Assembly (NCBI GenBank): GCA_045605175.1
Contig: JAZUPL010000095.1
Span: 5,509-69,508 of the forward strand
Origin: Eubacteriales bacterium
Lineage (GTDB): Bacteria; Bacillota; Clostridia; Oscillospirales; CAG-272
Reading direction: 5' to 3'
DNA length: 64,000 nucleotides
In this document: positions 48,091-57,679 of the stretch, piece by piece
Position numbering within the stretch: the first letter of the stretch is position 1
How the letters are laid out: every line of letters starts with the position of its first letter
The notes under the pieces: generated by a model
Databases searched by the model: none
Told to the model about the DNA's origin: nothing
Seen by the model: the letters and a program-made list of their open reading frames with translations, nothing else
Program-made: the position numbers and the translations under genes

Positions 48091-51000
48091 ATGAGCAAGA
48101 AAAAGATTATTACTATCGCGTCGATAATCGTTGCGGCGGCGATTTTGCTTACCGTGGCGGTGATTATAGCGGTGGTCGCCTTCAAAGACGGAAATGACGT
48201 ACCGGATACCCCCGAATATACGGGCGATTGGTCGGAATGTGGTGTTTATTACAGCACCGGAGGCAAGCCCTGCGAGTTGACGCTTAACAAGGGTGGCTCT
48301 TTCACTCTCGTCTATGACACAGAGGCGGCGTCGGGAAATTATTTTCTTACAGATTCCACATTGACGCTTGATTTTAGCGTAGATGGTGTTGACAACCTTA
48401 TTGCAAAATATGAGAGCAACGTAATAACCATGACCTATAAGGGTGCTTCTATGCGTATGCTCAAAAAGGTGAATTATACCGTTCGGTTTGAAACCGACGG
48501 AGCCGAAGAGATACCACCCATAACGGTTATGAACGGAAAAACCGTCACTAAGCCCTCCGACCCCACCAAGGAAAATTATCTTTTCGTGGGTTGGTATAGT
48601 GATAGCGAGTACACGAAGCCCTTTACCTTTTCCTCCGATGTTATAACCTCGGATATAACCCTATATGCAAGGTGGGTAGAGGCGAGAGAAGAGAGCGAAT
48701 ACACTATTCTGTTTGATATAGGATACGACGGTGCGGAGGAACTTGAACCGAGGACAACCCTGGGTGGCAGGCTTTTCGAATTAGGTGAACTTGAGAGGGA
48801 TAACTTCGAGTTTGGCGGTTGGTGGATAAGCACGGAGGGAGATAGGACGAAACTCTCTTACAAATGGACCGAGGATACGGTATTTACCCGTGACACAACC
48901 CTCTTTGCCATATGGCGTGAAAAGGGGGATACAAAACTTGAATATCCTTCCTTGACTGCCAATAATAACGGTGTTTTCTGGAGTGCCGTTTCGGGCGCAC
49001 GCTCATACGATGTGACCTTGCTTGACGAAAGCGGAACGGTTGTTTTTTCAAGAAGTGTTAGCACCGGACGCGTTGACATTCCTTTTTCGGATTATGCCCC
49101 CGGAATATATCGCATCAGTGTCGTAGCCAATGCAAATACAGGGACACAGGATAATTCCGAATCGCACTATGTTTTCGTCAATAAAGGACTTGACAAGGTG
49201 GGTGGTCTTTTCGTATCCGGAGGCTCAACTCTTGTTTTTAGCGGAGTTGAAAATGCGGAAAAATATCTAATAACCGTGGTATGCGGAAACGAAGAGCATT
49301 GTCATATCGATTTTGATAACGGGGAGTCTAAAACCTTCAGTTTTGCAAACTGCCCGATGGCTAAAGACGGAATAAAATTCGTTGTAAAAGCGGTTGCAGA
49401 GGGCTTCCTTACTTCGGTGTCCGACGAATTCGTTTTCAAAAGAGAACTTGCTTCGGTTGACGGCTTAAATTGGAATGAACAGACGGGAATTGTAGGTTGG
49501 AATGCTGTTGAAAATGCCGAAACTTATATAGTTTCTCTTTCCTGCACAAACCCTCTACATAATCATTCAACATTTAATAAAGTCACGCAAACCGAGCTTG
49601 ATATTAAAGAGTGTTCCTTTGATGAAAGTGGAATAACAATAAGCGTATATCCTGTTGCAGAGGGGTACAATTCGCCCGAGCCTACCGAAATAAAAATAGA
49701 AAAATCTCACCTTAAAACTCCCGATGGGATTACGGTGGTTGGGACTGTGGTCGGCTGGACTGCCGATACGAATGCAAGCAAATATGAAATCTCGGTAAAC
49801 GGGACAATTTACGAGGCAAACTCAAATAGTTTTGACCTTTCGAATGTTTTGACCTTTAACGAGGGTGACCTTTACGAAATAAAACTTCGCGCAATAGGTG
49901 AGGCAAACTCGCTCTGGTCGAATCCCGTAATATGCTATTATTATGCTCTGGGAGGAGAACTTGAGTATAAAAACGGTATGCTCTCTTGGAATCAGGTTAT
50001 CGGTGCCGACTTCTACGAATTGCAGATAAACGACAAGGAGATAAAGGAAATTCGGGGAGCAAACTATGCGAATATCGATTTTGACAGGGCGGGGGAGAAT
50101 AGGATAAAACTTCGCTTTGCGTGTGGTGAGTATCGCTCGGATTGGGTTTCTCTTTCTGTCGAGGCGTATCCTGTTATTTTTGACACTCTCGGCGGCAGTG
50201 CTGTTGCCGTGCAGTATAAAGCCGTAGGGGATGAGGTTTCACTCCCTAATTCTACGAAAATCGGATATAACTTTATCAGTTGGTATAACGTACCGGGAGG
50301 CCCAAGCGTAAACGGCAAGGAGATAGTAGGCAAGGTAATTAAGATAACAGGTGCTACTACTCTTTATGCTCATTATCGCCCCGAAAAATATGAAATAACG
50401 TATAATTACGGTATCGGTGGAACAGGTCTTGGAGTAAAAGACGTCGTTGAATATGAAAGAGATTATACTCTTGAGATTCCCACCGCCTTCGATATAACCG
50501 TTTCCTTTGGTGGTTGGTTTAGCGCCCCCTATGGACGAGGAACTCAATATACCGACGGCTCGGGAAAAAGCCTTAACCCCTGGACAAGTGCCGAGGGAAA
50601 AGAGGTTTATGCTTTCTGGATAGATGAAACGCTTGTTTTTTCTCCCGTCAAGGTTGGCGGAAAGGACGCCTATTCTGTTTCGGCAGGCCCGAAAATCTCT
50701 CTTGTTACCGAGGTGACTATTCCTTCGTATCATAACGGACTTCCCGTGGCTATGATTGAGGGCAATGCCTTTTCGGGTAGTAAGACTCTCAAAAAGGTAA
50801 ATATCCCATCGTCGGTAGAGGTCATATCAAATCTTGATCCGTTTTCGAATTGCGATTCACTAACCGAGATAAATATATATATGGTTGAGGGCTTCTCCTC
50901 TTCACGCTATAAATCCGAGGACGGAGTTCTTTTTGAAAATGCGTCCGACGGTGCAGTGCTTCTTTGTATGCCCGACGGCAGAGAGGGAGGATATATAATT

Positions 51001-54000
51001 CCCGACTGGGCTTCGGTAATAGGAGAGGGTGCATTTGCGGATTCTTCTATTGACTCGGTTATGATTTCAGACGGCGTTGTTAAGATAGCAAGCGACGCCT
51101 TCAAAAACTGTGATAATCTTCTCTCGGTAAACTTCGAGGTGCCAAAAGCGGAAGAGAGCAAACAACTTGTTATAGGAAAAAGAGCCTTTGCAGGTTGCTC
51201 GGCACTTCGCTCGGTTGTTCTCCCTGCACGTTTAGAGTCCATTGAACTGTCGAAGTATTATATAGGTGCAGAAGGCAAATTTACCGTAAGCCCTGATTAT
51301 GCCTTTGTGGACTGTCTTTCACTTGAATCAATAGGCGTTGCAGAAGGCTCTTCCTCATACAGCGTCGTTGACGGAATGATATACTCTTATGATAAGAGGC
51401 AAATTCTCTATTGCCCGCCCGCAAAAGGTGGTGAGATTTCTATTTCGCAAGGCACCCAGTCAATAGCCGCCGGTGCTTTCATCGACTGCGTAGATATTAC
51501 GGGAATTTTCATTCCAAACACCGTTACTTATATTGGCGAATATGCTTTCTACGGGCTTGATTTGACAAAGGTCACCTTTGGTGGAAAGGGATTTAGTTCT
51601 GTCACCGTAGGTAACAATTCCTTTGCAGAGTGCAAAAGGCTCCAAGAGGTTGTTGTCGAAGCGGGAAGCCAGATTTCGGTTATAGGCGAGAGGGCGTTTT
51701 CGGGTTGTAAGGGTCTTTTGAACTTTACAATTTCTTCGTCTGTTACTTCGATAAGGGACAATGCCTTTGAAAACTGTATAAATCTCGGCACAGTAACATT
51801 CGACGGTGGGAAAAAGCCACTTGAATTTGGTAGTAGCGTATTTTATAACTGTACTGCACTTACTAAGGTAAAGATTCCTGCAAACGTTTCGGTAATACCC
51901 GGAATATTTAACGGTTGTTCCTCTCTTCACGATATTGAGATTGATGAGGCAAACTCATACTTTGCAAGCCTTGGCGGTATTGTGTTCAACAAGGATATGA
52001 CCGAGATAGTTTACTATCCACAGGGCAGGGGAGGGACTTATTCCATTCCCGAAACGGTTACCGTTATTGCACCCGGAGTCTTTTATGGAAACAAATCTAT
52101 TGAGCAACTTATTATTCCCAATACCGTTTCCTATATAGGCGAGGGAGCATTTAAGAATACAAAAATAGGCAAAATTTTATTCGCAGGCGATACTTTTGCA
52201 GATGAACTTGTTATCGGCAGGTCGGCATTCGAGGGAGCCTATTTTGAGGGCTATGATTTTGCCTTGCCTTCGCATACCAAGCATATAGAGGATTACGCCT
52301 TTTCGGGTATTTTCTATAAAAAAATCGTCTTAAACGAAGGTCTTGAAAGCATAGGCAACTACGCCTTTTATTACCCCAGCAACGATAACGGTGAGGTTCT
52401 CGTTATTCCGTCAAGCGTTGTTTCCATAGGAGAATACTGCTTCTCCGGTGAGAGCGATAATTATTCCTATTTCGTTGCACATCGCTTTGTAAATGTGAGA
52501 TTTACAGAGGAAAATTCAAAACTAATCAAAATATCCGACTATGCGTTTTATAAGAATACAAGGCTTACCTCGCTAATACTTCCCGATACGGTGAGGATTA
52601 TTGGAAACTATGCCTTTTACGAGTGTGCAGGTCTTACCGAAATATCCCTCTCGGAGTCGCTTGAAAGCATAGGTGCTTTCGCCTTTGCGGCGTCGGCAAA
52701 TACCTATAAGGTGCCGATAAGCACCCTGACTCTTCCTAAGCAACTTACTTCAATAGGTGCTCGTGCATTTGAGAATTGTCAACTGCTTACCGAGGTTATT
52801 TTCTTGGCAGATGCCAACTCGCCCGACCTTGTTGTTGGCTCGTCATATCAAAGAAGATATGAGAGTGACGGGGTTGAAATGTTTGCAATAGAGCGTGGCG
52901 GTGTCTTTGCATCCTGCACAAGACTTCTTAAGGTCGAACTTTCACCAAACATAGTAACACTTAGTGATAGCTGCTTCCAAAATTCGGGAGATACGGGATT
53001 TGAGGTTATCGTTCCTGATAATTCAAGGCTCGCAACCATAGGTGCGTACTGCTTCTATAAGTCGAGGCTTGTGAGTTTTAAGATTCCCGCAAGTGTACGC
53101 AACCTTGAGCCGATAGAGGAGTTTGGAACGCTTTATAATCGCCTTGGAATAGGCGAGTATGCCTTTGCGGCGTCGGCAGGTAAACTCACCGAAATAGTTT
53201 TCTTAAAAGACTCAAATGCTTATGCACTGACTATTGGTTACGGAGCCTTTGAGAATCAGTCTAATCTTACGTCGATAGAACTTCCCGCAAGGCTTTCGCA
53301 ATACAAAGGTGCAAACGGAGAGGTGATAGCACCTCTTGCAAATGGAGCACTTGTATTTTATGGAGCAAAATCCCTCTCGACAATTACCGCCGAGGAGGGC
53401 TGCGCGTATGTAGTGGACGGTGGCGTTCTTTATACCGCGGATATGAAGGAATTAGTCTTTTGCCCTGTTTCTTATAGTGGCGAGATTTACGTTCCTGCTT
53501 CGGTAACTAAGATACACGACTACGCCCTTTGTGGTTGTACGGGGGTTTCTGCCGTTACATTTATTGGCAAGAGTGGACTTACCCGAATTGGCAACTATGC
53601 CTTTTTCGGTTGCTCGGCTATTAAAAAACTTGAGATTCCGGGTAATGTTATTTCGCTTGGCGAAGGGGCGCTTTGCCATGCTACCTCTCTTGAGAGTTTG
53701 ACATTGCCGAAAATTCTTAAAAACTTTGATATATCGGTGCTTGACGGTTGCTCGGCACTGAAAAACATTCTCGTTGAAGGAGGAAACTCTGCTTTCTCCT
53801 CGGATAGTGGCGTTTTATATAATAGCGACCAAACCGTGCTTATTCTTTATCCCGCAGGGCGTACCGATAAGCAATATACCGTGAAAGACAGCGTCCTTTC
53901 AATAGGAAAGAGAGCCTTCTATGGCAATTCTGCTATCGAGCAGGTTATCCTCCCTGTCGGGCTGCGTGAGATAAACGCGTCGGCTTTTGAAAAATGTTCT

Positions 54001-56394
54001 GCTCTGGAAAGCATAGTAATTCCTTACAGCGTAGAGATTATAGGCGAAAACGCATTTGCCTTTACCTTTGGACTTGAAAATTTGAGTTTTGCTAAGGGTG
54101 GAGTCACAAAACTTGTTATAGCCGACGGAGCCTTCCGTGAATCTGGGGTTTCCTATCTTGAACTTCCCTCTCGCATTTCTTCCATAGGGCAGGAGGCGTT
54201 TGTTGGCTCGAAACTTTCCTCGCTCTCATTTGAGAATAGCGATTTCTCCTGTCTTGAAGAAATAGGAAGTTATGCTTTCTCTAATACTCTGCTCGTTAAT
54301 GTGCAACTGCCAAGCGGAGTGTTAACTGTTGGTGAGGGGGCGTTCTCTGAAACTGCAAAACTCGATAAGGTCATCTTTGGCGAGGGGCTTGTGGAGATTG
54401 GAGCCGAGGCGTTTGAAAACTCTTCCCTTAAGGAGATTTATTTGCCGGCAAGTCTTAGGGTTCTTGGACATTCTTCGTTCCGCGGTTGTAAATATCTTGT
54501 AAGCGTTTCCTTTGCCCAAGGCTCACAACTCGGGGCGATAGAGGAGGGAACCTTCTCTGGTTGTACTTCTCTTGAGAGAATAACCGTACCCACATTTGTT
54601 AAGGAAATAGGTGGAGAAAAGGAAAACGGAGCCTTCTATAACTGCGTGAAACTTCAATTCGTTGATTTTGAGAGCAACGATAACTGCATAACAATAGGTG
54701 ATTATGCCTTTTACGGATGCGAGGCACTCTCTTCCTTTGAGATTCCTATGTCGGTAGGAACGCTTGGAAATTACGCATTTGCAAAATGCGCATCTCTTTT
54801 GGAAATTGTTATCAATAGGGCAACCGTCCAACTTGGACAAGGTCTTTTTGAGGATTGTACTTCGCTTAAAGAGGTTGAACTTAATACCGGAGCAACAGGT
54901 CTTTCCGAGGATATGTTTAAGAACTGCGTTAGCCTTACATATCTCGCTATTCCTGCTTCGATTTCGGAGATTTCGGACGGATGCTTTATCGGCTCTTCTA
55001 TTGAGAGATTTGATACAGCAAAGGAGAATAAAAACCTCGTTTCGGTTAGCGGTATTCTATACAACGCTTCGAAAACCGCAATAGTTGCTTTCCCACCAAA
55101 ACTCAATATAAAGACTCTCGTTATCCCGAAAGAAGTCGCACAGATTAAGAGCAACAACTTCAAGGGCTGTACGAGTATCAAGGAGGTTATATTCGAAGAG
55201 GGTGGAAGTATTCCTCTTTCTATCGATAGTCATGCTTTTGAAGGTTGCTATGAGATAAGAAAAGTCCAACTTCCGCAAAGGCTTGTTTCGATAGGCGGTT
55301 ATGCCTTCAGGGATTGTTCTGCACTAACCTCTGTAACCATTCCGAAAAACGTAGTTAGTATTGGAGATTATGCATTTAGCGGCTGCTCTAAACTCTACGA
55401 GGTATATAACGAATCTGCCATAGAGGATATAGGCAAAAAAGGCTCGCTCAACTATATAAATAACAACTATTATGTCAACGCAAAGGTGAATATCTATACA
55501 CCCACCGAGGGTGCGTCGGTGCTCGTGCGTGAGGGAGAGTTTATCTTTACTACCGTAAATGGTGTAAAAAGACTTATCGGGTACGAGGGCGATAGCAGTG
55601 TTATAGTTCTTCCTGAGGGAAGTTATGCCCTTGCCGATTATCTTTTCTATAAAAACTGTTCTATCACTAAGGTGGTTATACCCGCAACGGTCAAGGTGTC
55701 CGGTAGTTTTTTGTTTAGCGGTTGCGAAAGTCTTGAATGCATTTTTGTTTCGGGGGCGGATATACCGACCTCCTGGTCAGATAACTGGAACAACGGAAAG
55801 GCGGTATTCGGGGGATATACCGGAGAGGATATTACCTATACCTTTGTAACAGACGGCGAGCAGGTTAATCCCATCACAACCTCTGATAAAATAAAACTGC
55901 CCACGGCGGTTTATGAAAATCACATATTTATGGGTTGGTATGACAATTCCGAGTTTTCGGGCAACCCATACTATGGGGACTATTACAGTTCTCTCAAAAC
56001 CGAACTTTATGCGAGATTCATAACCGAAGAAGAGTATATTGAAGAATACCTGAGAGGTCAGTCTATGGAATATGCTTATAGCATAGAAAGTGGCGAAACC
56101 TATGAGGTTGAAATCAAAAACAAGGGTGCTCAAAACTACTTTGTGCTTACCGTGCTTGACGGTGAGATGTGGAATATTTCTACTCCATCGGGAATGGGAT
56201 TCCATAAGATCTGGATTTACGATGCAAACGGAAAGGAACTTTATTCCTATTTTACGGGACCTTCAAGCGACCTAAGTCACGATATTAACCACGATTATAC
56301 TTTTGAAGAGGGTGGAACCTACTATATTGGAGTAGGGTATAAGTATTCCACCAAAGAGTCGGGAACCTTTGAGGTTACCTTTACAAAAATTTGA
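48091..56394 (+). CDS. Giant (2767 aa) membrane-anchored surface protein: Flg_new repeats, FN3-like modules, ~1700-aa BspA-type LRR array, C-terminal PPC-like domain
   Basis: Single uninterrupted ORF with an N-terminal signal-anchor helix. Flg_new motifs (YLFVGWYSD...ITLYARW) lie at about 48472-48915, 50167-50619 and 55831-56019. Five W-x2-V-x-[GN]-A-x2-Y modules and LRR_5 units (IPxSVxxIGxxAFxxCxxL) follow. The C-terminus has a PPC-like pattern (GGTYYIGVGY...GTFEVTF). No LPXTG motif. Confidence 0.9.
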   Translation: MSKKKIITIASIIVAAAILLTVAVIIAVVAFKDGNDVPDTPEYTGDWSECGVYYSTGGKPCELTLNKGGSFTLVYDTEAASGNYFLTDSTLTLDFSVDGVDNLIAKYESNVITMTYKGASMRMLKKVNYTVRFETDGAEEIPPITVMNGKTVTKPSDPTKENYLFVGWYSDSEYTKPFTFSSDVITSDITLYARWVEAREESEYTILFDIGYDGAEELEPRTTLGGRLFELGELERDNFEFGGWWISTEGDRTKLSYKWTEDTVFTRDTTLFAIWREKGDTKLEYPSLTANNNGVFWSAVSGARSYDVTLLDESGTVVFSRSVSTGRVDIPFSDYAPGIYRISVVANANTGTQDNSESHYVFVNKGLDKVGGLFVSGGSTLVFSGVENAEKYLITVVCGNEEHCHIDFDNGESKTFSFANCPMAKDGIKFVVKAVAEGFLTSVSDEFVFKRELASVDGLNWNEQTGIVGWNAVENAETYIVSLSCTNPLHNHSTFNKVTQTELDIKECSFDESGITISVYPVAEGYNSPEPTEIKIEKSHLKTPDGITVVGTVVGWTADTNASKYEISVNGTIYEANSNSFDLSNVLTFNEGDLYEIKLRAIGEANSLWSNPVICYYYALGGELEYKNGMLSWNQVIGADFYELQINDKEIKEIRGANYANIDFDRAGENRIKLRFACGEYRSDWVSLSVEAYPVIFDTLGGSAVAVQYKAVGDEVSLPNSTKIGYNFISWYNVPGGPSVNGKEIVGKVIKITGATTLYAHYRPEKYEITYNYGIGGTGLGVKDVVEYERDYTLEIPTAFDITVSFGGWFSAPYGRGTQYTDGSGKSLNPWTSAEGKEVYAFWIDETLVFSPVKVGGKDAYSVSAGPKISLVTEVTIPSYHNGLPVAMIEGNAFSGSKTLKKVNIPSSVEVISNLDPFSNCDSLTEINIYMVEGFSSSRYKSEDGVLFENASDGAVLLCMPDGREGGYIIPDWASVIGEGAFADSSIDSVMISDGVVKIASDAFKNCDNLLSVNFEVPKAEESKQLVIGKRAFAGCSALRSVVLPARLESIELSKYYIGAEGKFTVSPDYAFVDCLSLESIGVAEGSSSYSVVDGMIYSYDKRQILYCPPAKGGEISISQGTQSIAAGAFIDCVDITGIFIPNTVTYIGEYAFYGLDLTKVTFGGKGFSSVTVGNNSFAECKRLQEVVVEAGSQISVIGERAFSGCKGLLNFTISSSVTSIRDNAFENCINLGTVTFDGGKKPLEFGSSVFYNCTALTKVKIPANVSVIPGIFNGCSSLHDIEIDEANSYFASLGGIVFNKDMTEIVYYPQGRGGTYSIPETVTVIAPGVFYGNKSIEQLIIPNTVSYIGEGAFKNTKIGKILFAGDTFADELVIGRSAFEGAYFEGYDFALPSHTKHIEDYAFSGIFYKKIVLNEGLESIGNYAFYYPSNDNGEVLVIPSSVVSIGEYCFSGESDNYSYFVAHRFVNVRFTEENSKLIKISDYAFYKNTRLTSLILPDTVRIIGNYAFYECAGLTEISLSESLESIGAFAFAASANTYKVPISTLTLPKQLTSIGARAFENCQLLTEVIFLADANSPDLVVGSSYQRRYESDGVEMFAIERGGVFASCTRLLKVELSPNIVTLSDSCFQNSGDTGFEVIVPDNSRLATIGAYCFYKSRLVSFKIPASVRNLEPIEEFGTLYNRLGIGEYAFAASAGKLTEIVFLKDSNAYALTIGYGAFENQSNLTSIELPARLSQYKGANGEVIAPLANGALVFYGAKSLSTITAEEGCAYVVDGGVLYTADMKELVFCPVSYSGEIYVPASVTKIHDYALCGCTGVSAVTFIGKSGLTRIGNYAFFGCSAIKKLEIPGNVISLGEGALCHATSLESLTLPKILKNFDISVLDGCSALKNILVEGGNSAFSSDSGVLYNSDQTVLILYPAGRTDKQYTVKDSVLSIGKRAFYGNSAIEQVILPVGLREINASAFEKCSALESIVIPYSVEIIGENAFAFTFGLENLSFAKGGVTKLVIADGAFRESGVSYLELPSRISSIGQEAFVGSKLSSLSFENSDFSCLEEIGSYAFSNTLLVNVQLPSGVLTVGEGAFSETAKLDKVIFGEGLVEIGAEAFENSSLKEIYLPASLRVLGHSSFRGCKYLVSVSFAQGSQLGAIEEGTFSGCTSLERITVPTFVKEIGGEKENGAFYNCVKLQFVDFESNDNCITIGDYAFYGCEALSSFEIPMSVGTLGNYAFAKCASLLEIVINRATVQLGQGLFEDCTSLKEVELNTGATGLSEDMFKNCVSLTYLAIPASISEISDGCFIGSSIERFDTAKENKNLVSVSGILYNASKTAIVAFPPKLNIKTLVIPKEVAQIKSNNFKGCTSIKEVIFEEGGSIPLSIDSHAFEGCYEIRKVQLPQRLVSIGGYAFRDCSALTSVTIPKNVVSIGDYAFSGCSKLYEVYNESAIEDIGKKGSLNYINNNYYVNAKVNIYTPTEGASVLVREGEFIFTTVNGVKRLIGYEGDSSVIVLPEGSYALADYLFYKNCSITKVVIPATVKVSGSFLFSGCESLECIFVSGADIPTSWSDNWNNGKAVFGGYTGEDITYTFVTDGEQVNPITTSDKIKLPTAVYENHIFMGWYDNSEFSGNPYYGDYYSSLKTELYARFITEEEYIEEYLRGQSMEYAYSIESGETYEVEIKNKGAQNYFVLTVLDGEMWNISTPSGMGFHKIWIYDANGKELYSYFTGPSSDLSHDINHDYTFEEGGTYYIGVGYKYSTKESGTFEVTFTKI
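48937..50166 (+). repeat. Five tandem FN3-like modules (about 80 aa each, coding)
   Basis: Recurrent signatures: VFWSAVSGARSYDV, VFSGVENAEKYLI, VGWNAVENAETYIV, VGWTADTNASKYEI, LSWNQVIGADFYEL. Boundaries are approximate. Confidence 0.6.
50713..55760 (+). repeat. BspA-type leucine-rich repeat (LRR_5) array inside the giant gene
   Basis: Dozens of degenerate units of about 23-25 aa with I/V-P-x-S/T-V-x-x-I-G-x-x-A-F-x-x-C. Exact short DNA recurrences occur, e.g. gcctttgcggcgtcggca at 52681 and 53161. Boundaries are approximate. Confidence 0.8.
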
Positions 56395-56606
56395 TAGGGA
56401 AGAATATTCCCTAACCTTAAAAAAGGGCTACCGTGTTTGTCTTGCCGACATTTCACGGTAGTCCGAGAGGTTAAATGATGTCAAAGCGCCCCTTCCAAGC
56501 ATTATTTGGGGCGCTGCGACAGATTTAACTTAATACATTAAAAAGCAATTCACTTAACTTAAATTTGAAAATTCATTGGAAAAACCAATTTTTAAGGAAT
56601 ATATAG

Positions 56607-57635
56607 ATGAACATTAAAGAAATCTTTGGCAAGCATTATGAGCGACTTTTGGTCGAGGGAATACTTAAATCGACTTTAATCGGTGCTACCATAGCCCTTT
56701 TAATAAATACCGTATTTGCCTTTCTCTATTGGATGCTTTCTTTTGGAAGCAGTTGGCTTGGTGCGGTAATAGGTATTCCTTTGGGAATAGCCGTAGGAAT
56801 ACTGTTGTATTTTTTGAGATACAGGCTAACCGAGCAGTCGGTCGCTCGCAGAATAGACAGATGCGGTCTTGATGAAAGAATGATAACGATGGTAGAACTT
56901 AGCGGTGACCCATCGAGCATAGCACAGATTCAGCGAGCAGATGCCAGGGACAGTTTACATGCTCTTTCGGAAAAAACGGTTAAAATTAGTATTTCCCCTT
57001 TTCTTATCGCTGTTGCGTCGGTGATTCTTGCCCTCTCTATCCTGTTCACTACTCTTGCACTTTTGGCAAGTGGTGGGAAGATACCGTATGGCAAAGATAT
57101 GCTTCTTCAAGGGGCGGACGGAAAATTTGAGGTCGTCTATATGACAGACGGTGGCGGAAAAATCCGTGGAGAGAGCAGTCAGAGTGTTGGCTTTGGCGAG
57201 TCCACCGATTTTGTACGTGCGGTGGCAGATGACGGATGGATGTTTGTATTCTGGGATGACGGAGAGAAAAGCCCGGAGCGAAGGGAAGAGGGCGTTTCGT
57301 CAAACATGGTTATAAAAGCCGTATTCAAAAAAATAGACAATAGCGACTCGGACGAGGATGATAGCGATTCAGCAGATGATCTTCCCTCTGGAAGCGTAAA
57401 CGAGGAATCGGGAGGCGGAGATTCCGACCAGACCGGAGGAGAAAATATTAAAAACGACGGTGAGGGCAACGGCGGTGGAAAATGGCAGGATAGAAACCAG
57501 TTTATCGACGGTGCCACGTATTATAGAGATTACTTGGAATTTTATTATCAGTACGCGATGGGAGTTTTCGATTCACAAACCGATATTCCCCCCGAAATAA
57601 TAGAATTTTTTGAAACCTACTTCAGCGGAATTTAA
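56607..57635 (+). CDS. Membrane protein: three TM helices, one Flg_new-like domain, Asp/Ser/Gly-rich acidic tract and Tyr-rich C-terminus
   Basis: 342 aa. Cytoplasmic loop VARRIDRCGLDERMITMVELSGD between TM2 and TM3. Extracytoplasmic DDGWMFVFWDDGE, then DNSDSDEDDSDSADD...GGGDSDQTGGEN. Confidence 0.8.
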   Translation: MNIKEIFGKHYERLLVEGILKSTLIGATIALLINTVFAFLYWMLSFGSSWLGAVIGIPLGIAVGILLYFLRYRLTEQSVARRIDRCGLDERMITMVELSGDPSSIAQIQRADARDSLHALSEKTVKISISPFLIAVASVILALSILFTTLALLASGGKIPYGKDMLLQGADGKFEVVYMTDGGGKIRGESSQSVGFGESTDFVRAVADDGWMFVFWDDGEKSPERREEGVSSNMVIKAVFKKIDNSDSDEDDSDSADDLPSGSVNEESGGGDSDQTGGENIKNDGEGNGGGKWQDRNQFIDGATYYRDYLEFYYQYAMGVFDSQTDIPPEIIEFFETYFSGI

Positions 57636-57679
57636 TCCGAAAAATGCACTTTGAGCATTAAAAAGGCAGGAATAATATA

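Noticed and set aside
50713-55760. Periodic repeats that might suggest a CRISPR array or satellite
   Set aside because: The periodicity is at protein level (LRR units of about 23-25 aa) within one continuous ORF. The units are degenerate at DNA level, with no constant repeat and variable spacer structure.
56428-56515. Two stem-loops (CTACCGTG/CACGGTAG and AGCGCCCC/GGGGCGCT) after the giant gene, as intrinsic terminators
   Set aside because: Both have large loops (15-18 nt) and no U-tract. They may slow or stop transcription, but I cannot support calling them terminators or a structured RNA.
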